DNA of 64,000 bases from Eledone cirrhosa (lineage: Eukaryota), in assembly GCA_964016885.1 (NCBI GenBank), contig OZ024742.1, positions 217,372,001 through 217,436,000 of the forward strand, read 5' to 3'. Under the pieces are notes generated by a model. It did not search any database, had not been told where the DNA came from, and was given only the letters and a program-made list of their open reading frames with translations. A program made the translations under genes and the position numbers. Below are positions 12,308 through 25,397 of the stretch, one piece after another. Each line of letters starts with the position of its first letter. Position 1 is the first letter of the stretch.

Positions 12308-14349
12308 TTAACCACACCCTACCTTCTTAAAAAAAAAGACACATTGGATAATGCAGTCTAGGATACACTTTTTCTGAAAATATGATTGCATAGTAATGGT
12401 TTGAATGCCTTAAATCCTAGGTCTGTTTAGAGTTGTCGTGACTAAACCAGCTATATTTGGGCTATTTCTGTTATTGGCCATGTTGTTGTATACATTCTAA
12501 AGTTCATAGTACAGTTTCTCTTTTCCAATCTATGTCACTCTTGTGTTCATCATATTTCACAGTATTTCTTATGGATCATTCAGTTTTTGAAAATAGCATT
12601 TCAGCTTTTAATATTATTAACTAAAACTATCAGATCACCCAAAAACTTTTGCCTCCTTCTCTAACTTGGTGACTAGTGAATGCATTACTAAGGTTTTAAC
12701 CCTAATGTAAAACGCAAGGGGCTTGTATATCCTATCACTTATAGAAGTATCCTGAAATTGCCATACTAATTTGCATATACTTACAAAAATATGAGAAAGA
12801 ATACTCAATCTTTGCTACCCCAATGATATGGACCCAGACAGTGTGGGAGAATGCATTCTGGCATGCAGAACCCTAAGTAAAAGCTGCCTTTTTTATTAAG
12901 TTGGTGTTTGGAATATAACTTTACAAAGGGTCTTACATAAAATTATGATGGAAGGTTTTTAGATAAATCTAAACACTTTAAAACAAGCAGTTTTGTATCA
13001 TGGAACCAAGAGCTGTTTCAAGTGGGTTGGTACCAAGAAGGTTAAGCAATTTTTTTTTTTTTTGTTCATTATATCAAGGTTCCTCCATTTGTCTTATTGC
13101 AACGTATATAAAAAAAAGTCATCCTTTTGATTGTTTTTCATTAATTCACTATTTCAAGCATTCAGCTTAATTCCTTGGTACAATCAGGAATTTCAGTTCA
13201 ATATTTTACATATCCCCCCCCCCTCTCTCTCTGTTCATCTACCTCAGCATTCTATTATTAATCTTTGCTGACTAAAGAAACTTTTCTTTCTCTAATCTCT
13301 TACTTGGTGTGCAGTTCTATAAACTATCTTTGTTAAATGTCACTCGCTGTCTGCCACTATACATATCCTCTATTACATGACATTACAAAAGCTATCCCTT
13401 ATGTAAAACCCACTTCACTAATTACCAGCTTCCTGTCTACTCTTACTGCTGTCAAGGTTAAGCTATAGACTACTTATCAACATTGCTAGACTATTTTTTT
13501 TACTATACTTACTAGTCAGAATGAAGTAATTCAGGCTCTATTGCATTTCAATTTGATCTAACCAATTAGCTGATTGTTTGTATTTTAGTATTGCATTTAA
13601 GTAAATCATTCACATCATTGAACTCTGATCACGTAACCTTATCTCATAATTCCATCTCCATCAGTAAAATATTTTTCCAAATAACCACTTGTATCTATAT
13701 ATACTAATACAGTTAGGAAAATCTCCTTCAGTTGTACCACATCATATTTGCCATTGATCTGCAAAGGAAACTATGTTCATATATGTAGAAGTCTTTACTG
13801 TTATATAAAACAAATTATTCTTTTTATGAATCACTAGCATCAGCAATACAAGTCCCCAGCCCTGGTCTCTCATCATCATCATTGTTTAACGTCCATCTTC
13901 CACACTCTCTATAGGGTTAAAAATCTATCCTTCAATAAGAAACTGATTTTTTGCTGCTACTTTAGAAGACAAGTTGATTCTCTAGTCACAGTGAGGGTTA
14001 CACATCTTAGAGCTTTATTACTTCGAAATCTAAATGACCAGCACAAGACAGAAAGTACTGTTCTATAAAACAGCCTCTCTTCTGTTAGAGTTACAATAAA
14101 ACATTGCATCCATATTTGTTAGTGTTGGGTGGCCCTAATATGTCACCTAATTTAACACGTTGCATCTCACATGAACCACCAAAAGATCGGGGTTATATTC
14201 CTGCGAGACACCCACATGACCATCATGTGGATTGTTTTGTTTTGTTTTTTTGTTATGACCCTTTTAGGAGCTGGGACGCCACGTATTTTTAAGTTTGTCA
14301 TTATGGTGCATAGAACAACACTTTTTTCTGTGTATGATTTACCATGGAA

Positions 14350-14392
<43 letters not shown>

Positions 14393-17300
14393 GATGGAAA
14401 ATTAGATATGCCTATACCACTAGAAAATACCAAAGAAAATGAATTTACCTGTATTCTTAATATCTGTCATTGAAGCACTCAAGACAAAGGGAAGGATTAC
14501 CTTCATTCAGCACACTATGTATTCACTTTGGGGTGTGTTTACTTTTTTATTTGCTTTCTTTGCACTCAATATTTTTCTCATTTTACTGTAACAACCTACA
14601 TATCTTTTGCAAATTATTCTTTTCAGTGTTTCCCTTTCGCTACAACTTTTTCAAGCTATGACAAATACTAGTGCTTCATCCTCTTGCAGCCTTTGGTTTT
14701 GTTGGTTTAGATTGCCTGATTCCAAAGCATTTTCTATGGCTGTGTTGACCAGGTATTCAAAAGCAATATTTTGATACCATCTGATGCTTTTTCTAAGAGG
14801 TGTAAAGTAACTTTATGCCACTCATATTTAAATAAATTATAACATCATATTGGGACCCTAGGTCAAAACCGGAAATGTGGCTTGGAAGCCAAAGTGTTAA
14901 CATAATTTAGTCAATTATGCATTGTGTATTGCACCTACATCCATCTTATACACAAGAAAATACTAATTATTTTTTTAGATTACCTGATAGGTTCTTGGAC
15001 TAAATTCTGTCAGATTCAATATTTGGTAGAACTCTCCTATTGGAGTACATTTCTCAAAGGGTTCTCATATTTTCCCCTCAGCTCAGTGTACTGAAAAAAT
15101 TATTACACAGTCATAATGGACTGCCTACCATAGGATACGAGACCTAGTGTCTTATCTACTAAACCATTTCACTGTTTTGTGAATCTATTGATTCATATTT
15201 TAAATGTTTTCTAAAAGGACTATTTGTCTTAATTTGATATTACTTTTCTGACTTCACTGTATGTATCAGTAAAAAAAAAGGATTATCTCTACTACACAGC
15301 CAAGTGATTTGCATTGAGAAAAATATCGAACTACAAAATACAAACTTGAAAATTCTATCCTGAATGGTTGTACAATTTTAACATAAAGCTTGAGAAGTGT
15401 ACTGTTTGAAGTTACAGGCCACACATGGTCATAATTTAAAATCATGTTGCAGCCATTGTGCTGCACCTCACAACAAGATGCTTTACTATTTTTGCTTCAG
15501 TCTATCGGGCGAACATCAGGTAATACCACCCAATTCAGTGAAATAGTTTGTAGTATCCAGCTATAAAAATTCATGCTCCAGCAATTTACTTTGGAAACAT
15601 CAAAATTCTTTTGTCTAAAACTGCATCTACTTGTACTTACCTGGGACAAACACATGTATGAAATATTAGAATGGAAAAAATCAATTCAAGCCAGTGTAGA
15701 AAATTAGATGTAGTTGTTATTAATGATGATGATGATAATAATAGTAATAATGTGGTTTCTGCCTGAAGATATTTAAGAGAAGTCTATTACAATATGTCTG
15801 GGAACGTTTTGTTCTCATGAAAACTTGTAATTGCATGGCCTATAAAAACACTCTAAACAAAAGTAAAGTGAAACTGGTGGGGTTTATCCTGACCTTTTTC
15901 TGTTTGCTATTCAATTATCTTTTTATCTACCTAATCAATAGAAATTGTTCTTCAAAACCTAATCTATTATTACATTCTGAAAAGCACTTTCCTAGCAGTA
16001 AAAAATAAAAATTGTTCAAAAACTAAAACACTTTTTTAAATATGTCTTGTAAGATTTTCTATCTATTTTACTCTTCTTCGTTGTATGCTAATGTTGAACC
16101 AGGTGGTGGATTTGCAGAGTCGTTAGTACATCAGATAGAATGCTTAACAGTATTTGTACTGGCTCTCTGCACTCTGCATTCAAATCCAGCCAAGGTCAAC
16201 TTGCTTTTCATCCTTTCAAAGTTGATTTTAAAAAAAAGGTACCAGTCCAGTACTGGGGTTGATTCTTCCTCTATATCTCTTCCTCATACCCTCTCTATCA
16301 TTCTCTCTCACGCTCTGCAAGAAATTGGCTGTGTTCAAACCTGGAGAGGAGACGGGCTCAACCAGGTTTTAAAAAAGGGCCAGGTGATGCTGTATGTCAC
16401 TAAGGTTCCCCTACTACTGCACCAAGTGTTACTGGTACATACATACAGTCTTGAACTAGGAAAAAAATTAAATCTTTCAGTAACTTGTCAAAACTATTAA
16501 TGTGAGTGTCCTACTTAAGTGATGATAATGCAATAAAAATGAAGTTAATTATAGACATATAAATAACTGTCTTACAGTCTACTGACTATTTTAGGTGTGT
16601 TAACATTGCTTGGATTTGAAAGGAGGTTATTGAAACTCTGCTTTAAAAAAACATTTGGCACACATAAATGTAGTTTACTAGTTAATGTGCTCAATTAGAA
16701 TTATATGTTTCTTATTTCATATTGTAACTTGTGTGAGCTGTTGGTAATGTTGCTTAGAGGTTGTGATTTTGATTCCTAGACTGGGCAATGTGCTGTGTCC
16801 TTCAGCAAGACACTTTATTTCTCATTGTTCCAGTTCACTCAGCTGGAAAAAAGGAGTTGCAATGTTGCTAGTACCAAGCTGTATAGTGGTATAGGGACTG
16901 GTATACATTGGCGACTGCTGGTCTTTTACAAAAACACTTCGGAAATATATATTATGAGTGATTTAAGTTGGCATTGACACACTATTAATTGTTGTTGAAA
17001 ATTAATATTTCAATTCAAGGAAATTTGACTTAACTTCAAATATCTTAAGTTTATTTATTCTAAATTTATTTTTTAAATTTTCTAACATTCCATCCTTTTT
17101 CTTTTCATTTGCTACTTAATTCTCTCCCCCCCCCCCCTCTCATTTGCTGTCTGATTGGAATGGAATCCAAAATATTTATTCAAATATTTTGAGAATCAAA
17201 ATATGCAGTTTCAGTTTCACTATTAAGAAATTCTGCTCATTAAAAAAATCAATTATTTTGATGATTAATTTAGGCTATTTTATGCAATAAAATCTATGAA

Positions 17301-17671
17301 AGGGTTTACCTGTGAAAATTCTTCTCTAAAAGAAATATGGACAGCTAGCTCTGCTGAGACCAAACTGCCTGAAACCATCTTCAGACTATGATATTAAGTT
17401 GTCTTATATTTAAATTTAAGCATTCTATCATTATTTTATGTATGAAAATTTTAAGTTATGTTCTAAAAACCAACTTTTAAAATGACTTATTTTACTAAAT
17501 CCTTCCAAATTCTTGATAATTTTCAAAATGTATTAAAAATCATAGGCAATGTGAAATATGGGTGTGAAAGCATTAAGAGAAAATTGATAGTACTTTTTTT
17601 TTTTTATATATTAATTTGGGGGTTGATATTAGAGGAGACTGTTGCATTACAAGTGTAGATTTCAAATTTAA

Positions 17672-18244
17672 CCCTTTAGCATTTAAACAGGCCATATTTG
17701 GTCAGAATTTTCCCACCTCTTTCTGTTCAAACTAGCTGTAACCGGCCACTCATACTGATGTTAAGGTATTGTTCTCAAAATAAATAATATCAAAATCTCA
17801 TGGCTTCGATATTATGTGAGGTAAAACTTTTACCATGAACATAGAATAGTGAATATAAAGTAATCATCATCATCATCACCGTTTTACGTCCGTTTTTCTA
17901 CGCTAGCATGGGTTAGACGGGTTGTCCTGTTGTGGGCAGTGTCCGGTCGGTTGACCTTGTCTTGCTCATGCGGGAACTGGTTCTGGCTTGATTTCTACAG
18001 CTGGATTCCCTTCCTAACACCAACCTCATTTACAGTGAGTGCTGGGTGCTTTTTTTCCGTGGCACCTACACATCCACTTTACAGTGTTCGCTAGGTGCTT
18101 TTTTGCCGTGGCACCTCCACGACCACTTTGCAGTGGAATGATAGGGACCCCAGTCCTATCATCTCATTTCTACAGCTGAGTAAACTGGAGCAATGTGAAA
18201 TAAAGTGTCTTGCTCAAAGTCCGAGTATTGTAAATGCTAAAGGG
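17672..18244 (+). mobile_element. TTAA MITE family A interrupted by a SINE family 2 copy (about 17865-18220, minus strand)
   Basis: MITE stops at aagtaat (17864) and resumes at gagtattgtaaatgctaaagggTTAA (18223). Confidence 0.85.
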
Positions 18245-18483
18245 TTAAAGTGTTTAGGTATGCTGTTTGGTACAGTCAGGCTTGCCATATTTACCAATGC
18301 TTGTGTAGTGACTGTTCTGTACAGTTTTAGCATTTGACCATCATTCCAGTCGATTCTATCTACTTCTCACCATGTCTTCTATTCTGGCATATTGTTTTCA
18401 AAACTAAATCCAATATTCAATATTCAATTCCATGTTTACCCTTTTGCACTATATTTCTAAAGATATGCACTATCTATGTTTAA

Positions 18484-18887
18484 CCCTTTAGCATTTACAA
18501 TACTCTATATTTGCTATTATATTTTCATGGTAAAGGCTTTAACTCACATAATATAGAATCTATGAGATTTTTATATTATTTATGATGAAAATGATACCCT
18601 AATACCAGTATGAGTGGCCGGTTTGAACAGAAAGAGATGAAAGAATTCTGGCCAGATACGGCCAATTTGAATGCTAAAAGTTTAAACCGGCCATATCCAG
18701 CAAGAATTCTCTCACTTCTTTCCATTCAAACTGACTGTAACTGGCCGCTCATACTAATGTTAAGGTATTGTTCTCAAAATAGCATCAAAATCTTGTAGAT
18801 TCAATAGTATGTGAGATAATTATATAAGATAAAGCCTTTACCATAAAAATACATTAGTATATATAGATTAATGTAAATGCTCAAAGG
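18484..18887. mobile_element. Head-to-head dimer of TTAA MITE family A (about 400-bp palindrome)
   Basis: Minus copy 18484-18680 abuts plus copy 18681-18887. Outer ends are flanked by TTAA. Confidence 0.85.
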
Positions 18888-19308
18888 TTAAATTAATTTT
18901 GAAAATAATTGAAAATTTGGTGGGATTGAATAAAATATATGTTAACTTTTCATAGTACAGATGCCCCACATTTTACGTGATTAATTAGTTCCCGAACTTA
19001 CTGCATTGTTCAGAAACTATGTATGTTTCAGACTCTTATATAAAAATGCATATGTACGTTTTTGAAGAAAATGTAAAGTCAGAATTTCTGGAAGTTGGTA
19101 AAGCTGAAGAAAAGAATAACAGTGGTAGGAGGTAGTTTTCTCCCTTAAATTAGGTGATGCAACTACATGTTTTACAGTTTTAAACTAATTTATGTAGCAT
19201 TTTCTAATTACATTTGTAGGCTTATGGTATATTGAGCTGGTGTTTAAAGCATAACTTAGGAAAAATGTCCTTAGAAATATCTGCACTGGAGGTTTTTTTT
19301 AAATTTAA

Positions 19309-19531
19309 CCCTTTAACATTTAAACTGGCCATATCCGTCCAGAATTCTCTCACTTCTTTTTGTTCAAACCAACTATAGCCGACTGCTTATACTTTTGTTA
19401 TGTTATTGTTCTCAAAATAAATAATATCAAAATCTCATAGATTCGATATTATGTGATATAGTTATGTAAAATAAAGCCTTTATCATAAAAATACAATAGT
19501 ATATATATAGAGTAATGTAAATGCTAAATGG
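19309..19531 (+). mobile_element. TTAA MITE family A
   Basis: TTAA flanks, TIRs and family body. Confidence 0.88.
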
Positions 19532-20844
19532 TTAAATATGAATATTATAAAATGCCCTTTGAATGTGAAAAAAAGAGTGTGTATGGTGTTGTTGCTTTGG
19601 CTATAGACAAATATATGAAGAAGAGTGAAACAGAGAGGGCTAATCTGATAGAAAGCACATTCAAAGCATCTGGAATTTATTGAAGATGATATTTTATTAT
19701 AGACCTGTATACAGAGTGTGGTGGGGGGTGGCGAGAATGAGGTAAAGGAAACAGGAGGGAGCTCATAATTGAAGAGAGAAGGTAGAAAGAAGCTTCAAAC
19801 AAGGCAAAAAATGCATCTAGAGCTGGACAGTTTGAAATATAACCAATATAGAGATACAACTACATAGCCTGGTATTGGTTTCACTATACGTCTACTTGAT
19901 CCCATTTATCACAATCATTGGCAGTAAGAAGTGTAGTAGTTATTGAATATGCTGTCAAGAAAAATGTCAAATACTGTTAATTTGGTGAGCATCTATCCTG
20001 TTAGTACTGCACTCTAAGGTGAGAGAGGTGAGACCAGTGGTGGAATATGAGCCGTCTCTGTCATCAACCATTTTTACTCTGTCTTTTCAGGTTACGTAGT
20101 TTACATGTAGGTACTATCAAAGAAGTGGTAAAAATTGGAATGTGCATGGGAAGGGGTAGGAGGGGAGATGTTTGAAATAGATTTATGACAAGGAGACTAA
20201 CTATTTATAACTTGGTAAATTAGTGTTAACATATTTAACATGGTGAGCATCAAAAACCCAATTAAAAGTACATATGCAATGAGAAAAAGTAAACTGTCCA
20301 GACAAAAGTCTTATTGGGCCTCATCAGAAAAACATAGATTTCATGAACCTTAATGGCCTATTTTATGAATAATGTTTTTAGTAGGTTATAATCTCTGTTG
20401 CTGAGGTGTATATATGGACCTTTAGAGATGTAACTAGATAATGTGATTGATATAGTAAGGTGTGAAATAGAACTATATAATTTGTCACCTGATTTAATAC
20501 CACCATCTGGTACTATTCTCTTAGAGTAGAGTCCACCCTACTGCAATCATTTAAGCCTGGTCTAGAATAAAACCTTCCCTTTGCCCTAGTAGTCACACAT
20601 ACCTTGCAAAAAGGTCATAACTACTGCCCATAAAAATGACATATTGCCATTGAGATGAATAGGTTCTAGTTATAAGCAGTGAAGAATACAAAGGAGAACC
20701 ACATATAGAAAAAATTTGTGGAAGCAAGCTCTTACTAATAGGACAAAAAAAAAAAGCATTAAAATGTATCAAACCTTGCTACTGTTGACAAATATTATTG
20801 TTAAAACACAAGGTGGTGATTATGATGTTGATTATGATATTCAA

Positions 20845-21255
20845 CATCATCACTGTTTTACATTATTTTCCATGCTTACATGGTTTAAATGGGTTGTCAT
20901 GCTCTGAGGCTGAACAGGCAGATCAGACAACAGTCCTACTCATACAGTCCATTTTAGCATGGTTTCTACAGCTGGAGGCCTTTTCTAATGCCAACCACTT
21001 CACAGCTTGTACTGGGTTTGTTTTCTCATGGTACTACTACTACCACTTGACAGAGTGGGCTTGATACATTTTTTTATCATGGCACTAGCACTTCCATTAT
21101 GCAGTGTGGGCTGGGTGCATATTATTGTGGCACCAACATTTCCACTTTAGTGTGAGCTGGGTGCATTTTATCATGGCACCAGCACTTTCACTGTCTGATG
21201 TGGACTGAGCTCTGAACACATTTTAGTGTGGTACCAGTACTACCACATTTCAACA
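20845..21255 (-). mobile_element. Old SINE family 2 copy with a diverged ~45-bp tandem array
   Basis: RTE-type tail plus repeated tgtgggctgggtgcatttt..tggcaccagcact units. Confidence 0.7.
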
Positions 21256-22105
21256 ATAGCATTGTTTTATATGATCTGTAAAATGGGAGAGAAATTTAGT
21301 AAATGTTGTTTGGCTCCGACTCTGTCATAGTTACACAGAACTAAGTGAAGATGACTTATGACCAACATGTTTTTCTTTTTCAAATATCAACTTGTTTATC
21401 CATCCATATGATGAAGAGCATGACGTCATGAATTGCATGTTAGTTGGATATGTTAAGGAGAGTAGCATAACATTAGCCTCACTGTTTTGTCCAGACCTGG
21501 CTTGCTCGGAAGGTTAAATGATTAGAGGTAGGGATGGATGCAGTGAATGGCCAGAACTTTCTATTGTTTTTGTTTTTAGCATTCCACAACACTTGCTGAA
21601 ACTGCCTTTTTGACCATTGAACTTGTGATTCACATTCATTCAATCTATCAGGGTCAGTTTTCATCTGCTAGGATAGACGCATCATAACTTGAGGTTTGAG
21701 GCTGATGGTTACCTTTCCAGTTTGTTAGGGTGAAGCCATAGCAGATATTACAGGTTTGTGGAGCCACAGTTAAGAACTAGGTGCCAGATAGAGATAAAAG
21801 GTGGGTAATATATTCCCAAGGGAAAACAAGTGCTCACACCAGAGGTGCTGTCTCTCCCTGAACACTTCACACATATCATGAATATAAAACTGCATTATTC
21901 AACATGTGATCTTTTTAAAATGGTAAAATATCACTGCTGTTTCTAACAAGTCAAGAATCCATGAAAGTTTTGAACTTGTGAAGTTTAACTTCATGAAGTA
22001 GATGTTCATTTTCAACATCAAGAAAAAATATTAGATGAGCAAGCAAGAGAGTCAACTTTAAATGTGTCTTCCTTCTTAAGTCATAGTGGCATTACATTTG
22101 ATCAA

Positions 22106-22532
22106 GGGATTAGCTAACATTATTCTCTATCCAAAGGGCGGTGGATTGGCAGTATTGGTAGAGAGTCGGACGCCATGCTTTCCAGCATAGTTACGTCCCT
22201 TTACGGTCTGAGTTCAAATCCCGCCGAGGTTAACTTTGCCTTTCATCCTTACGGGGTCGATAAAATAAAATACCAGTAATGTACTGGATAATTGATGGCC
22301 TTGTGCCAAAAGTAGAAACAATTATTCTCTATCCAAGCAAGGGCGACAATTTTTAATGTTTCTTCCTTCTTAGCCGTTATTAGTGGTATTATAGTCTGTC
22401 TTTTATTAACATAATTAGTTAATGCAGGACAGGCAAGGGTGAAGACTATATTGACACTGACATGGCCAACTAATCTAGAAATGGTCAGAGTTGTTTCTCT
22501 TGCTTGGCCAAAGAATAATGTTAGCTAACCCC
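22106..22532. mobile_element. PIF/Harbinger-like MITE with a SINE family 1 copy (22135-22320, +) inserted in its left TIR
   Basis: Removing the SINE and one 16-bp TSD (attattctctatccaa, at 22119 and 22321) reveals about 43-bp TIRs starting GGG, flanked by caa and taa. Superfamily is inferred from the termini. Confidence 0.7.
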
Positions 22533-23579
22533 TAATATTTTTGTCCTAATCACAGAATTTATTCCTACTGGTTATTTCTGATGTTAACAAATGTAGAAAA
22601 TAATCTAATCCATATTTTTATTACATAAATATCCAGTCAGCACCTATTTATGATTGATGAAATTATGAAATTAACTTTTTTTATATTCTTTAACTGTGAT
22701 CAGTTGCAACAAAGGTTATTAATGTATATATACTTCTCCCAATTTACATGTATTAATCAATTCACACACGATTTTTAGTTTTATCAGTTCATTGAAGGGT
22801 TTCTTTCATTTTATAGTAAAATAATTCTTTACATTGTTACTTTTAGTGTTATCTGACAATAGATATGGGGTCATTTTCAACTTTTGGTTTTCCATTAATA
22901 ACAGAAATGAAAAAGAAAGCAATAAAATGGAATTTACAGCTCATACCCAGGCAAGTTTAGCTAGCCTTCAATAAGGTTGCATCTCATAGAAGGTTTCTTG
23001 GGTGTTTTAATGGCAAGGGCCCCAATCCTATCATCATAAAAAATCATAAATAAGAGATACAATTATATATTTTAAACTATTAGATAAGGATACTGTTCAT
23101 TCTACATAATCTCCAAGTCAAATCCTGAAACCATGTCTCTTCTCACTCTTTTACTAATACTTTGTAATCAACTGCACCTGCTAATACTATCAAAACATAT
23201 TCAATTCTTTCTTTCCTCTTATACCCATTGTCTCACTCTGGGTCCCTATCCTCACCTCTTAAACAATCTCCTAATCCTTTTATCCAAGAAATGCATCTCT
23301 TTCTCTCTCTATATATATATATATGTGTGTGTGTGTATTTATCTCTCTCTCTCTCAATATTTCCTTTTTAACTTTTAGCCTGCAACAATTCAAAATATAT
23401 ATGTTAACTGCATTAAATCTTGCTCATCTCTATTTCTGATTTAGGAGGGCCTTTTCGAAAATAGTAATGTGAAATGCACAATCTTACTCCTAAAGTTCAA
23501 TATATTAACAAGGTATTTTTTGTTTTTACATCTAAAGTTGTTTTTTTTCTTCTCTCGTTTTCCATTTATGTGTGTGTGA

Positions 23580-23797
23580 AATGTAAAGTGGTTGTGTAGG
23601 TGTCATGACAAAAAGCACCCAGCCCACACAGTAAATGTGGTTGGCATTAGAAAGGGCATCCAGCCATAGAAACCAAACCAGAAACGGTTCTGTATGTATG
23701 AGCAAGACACACAGCTGACCCGACTTGCCTCAAACAGGACAGCCTGTCGAACCCATGCTAGCATGGAAAATAGATGTTAAATGATTATGATGATGAT
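23580..23797 (+). mobile_element. SINE family 2, 3' part
   Basis: One 48-bp unit, gaagggcatccagc core and RTE-type tail. Confidence 0.8.
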
Positions 23798-24013
23798 ATA
23801 TATAAATACACACACACTTTTTATGGTTGTCCATCAGATCTTATGATGACTACACATCGCAATCCTTGATAAATAGCTTCAGTTGTAGATGGGATATGTA
23901 ATTGCTTTGTTGGAGGGTCAAGTGTAACTCTGCATGCATGCTTCTTTTCTTACTTTTCCTGGTAGTGTTGAGTGTACTTCTCTATTATTTATTTATTTAT
24001 ATATATATGTATA

Positions 24014-24046
<33 letters not shown>

Positions 24047-24579
24047 GTATACAGTATTGAAATGTTATTGATTTTTAAGCAAAACTAAGGTCAGAAATCC
24101 ACTGAAAAGTTTCAAATTATGCATTTATCATTTACATCAGTAGAGACTTGTGGTTTTCCTCCCAAATAGCCACCTTCAAACACTGAACATGTTTACCTTA
24201 ACATGGGACTTTGTATATCTCTTCTGAAATTTGCCATTTGTGTGTGGTACAAGGGGGGGAAAGTGCAGTTCACCTACCTCGCAGAACATTGGCTGATCTT
24301 CTCCAGAATATGGTATATTTGTGGTCATTAAGCACCTGGCCCAACTCTGCTCTATAACCAGAAAATGTTCCCCATGTGGCCCCTGCATGCAGAGCAGAAA
24401 AACACACAACCTTCTTCCCCAGTGTTTGTTGACCAAGAGAACGGGAAAGGCTGCAATGCTGCTTTTGCCTCTTGCCTTCCTTCCCATGATGTCACTGGTC
24501 TTTATACATCTGGCAAGGCTCCAGACCCATAATTTGCTAACAACTTCTAAAAACTGTTATTTATATTAAAATCTTGATA

Positions 24580-24765
24580 GGTAAAATTCCATTATAACAA
24601 ATACCATTATAATGAAATTTTCAGTATAACGGAATTTTTTTTAATCCCCAAAGTAATAACAAACAAACGCTCAATTTGTTTCGGTCGATCTTGTTATAAA
24701 GAATTTTTCGTTATGATTTTTTTTTTTTTATACCTTGTGAATTTCGTCATAACAGAATTTCACTA
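24580..24765. mobile_element. pogo/Tigger-like MITE
   Basis: Imperfect TIRs gtaaaattccattataac / gtcataacagaatttcacta with internal gttataacg-like subrepeats. Confidence 0.6.
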
Positions 24766-25288
24766 TATATAATAGTCTATTTTTAGTAACATTGAGCATA
24801 TATGTATTTATTGTAAATTTGGAAGCTTTGTCATATTATTTTTACTATGAAAAATAGTCCAACAAATTGGACATAAAAGTATCTGGACAGAAAAAAGTTG
24901 ACAGTTTTACAAGAGGCTTTTACACCCAATTTGTTAGACTATTTCTTGTAGTCAAAAAAATACATTGAATCTTCTAAATGTTCAATATATATACTTAACC
25001 TGATGTTGTCTGTTGCATCTGTACCAGTAATTGATGCATGCTAGGAGTGGTTGGTTTTTATTTTGCTTTATGCAGTATGTATCTGGTGAGTGTGGTTGTG
25101 TATGGATTGCATTTGCTTCATTGATAGCATTGCTTTGCTGAGGATTTGTTTGTATTCAAGTTAAAGGGAATGAGAGTCATAGTTATTTATGTGTGTCTAT
25201 GTTGGTGTATGAGTATCTATGTATGTCAATCTTTTCTGTCTTTCCATGAATATTAATGTTTTGATTTTTATCATTCCTCAAACTTGTA

Positions 25289-25320
<32 letters not shown>

Positions 25321-25335
25321 GGATTTCAGATTTGG

Positions 25336-25397
25336 ATGCTGCTGCGAACTGGAGAGTCCGTAAGTTCTATGTAATGCCCACTTTTATGAGAAAGTGA
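25336..25397 (+). promoter_or_regulatory. Two chained uORFs (25336-25374 MLLRTGESVSSM*; 25374-25397 MPTFMRK*)
   Basis: TAATG overlap at 25372-25376 and TGATG overlap at 25395-25399, read directly. Function is inferred. Confidence 0.5.

Noticed and set aside
22136-22225. tRNA genes at SINE heads
   Set aside because: A and B boxes are present but no full cloverleaf was seen, and they continue into SINE cores with TSDs.
24176-24569. Overlapping 103-aa and 82-aa ORFs in a GC-richer patch
   Set aside because: No convincing motif or splice context. It may be a decayed transposon C-terminus but could not be classified.
25394-25396. GTG start given by the ORF track
   Set aside because: Eukaryotic locus, and the adjacent ATG at 25397 has good context.
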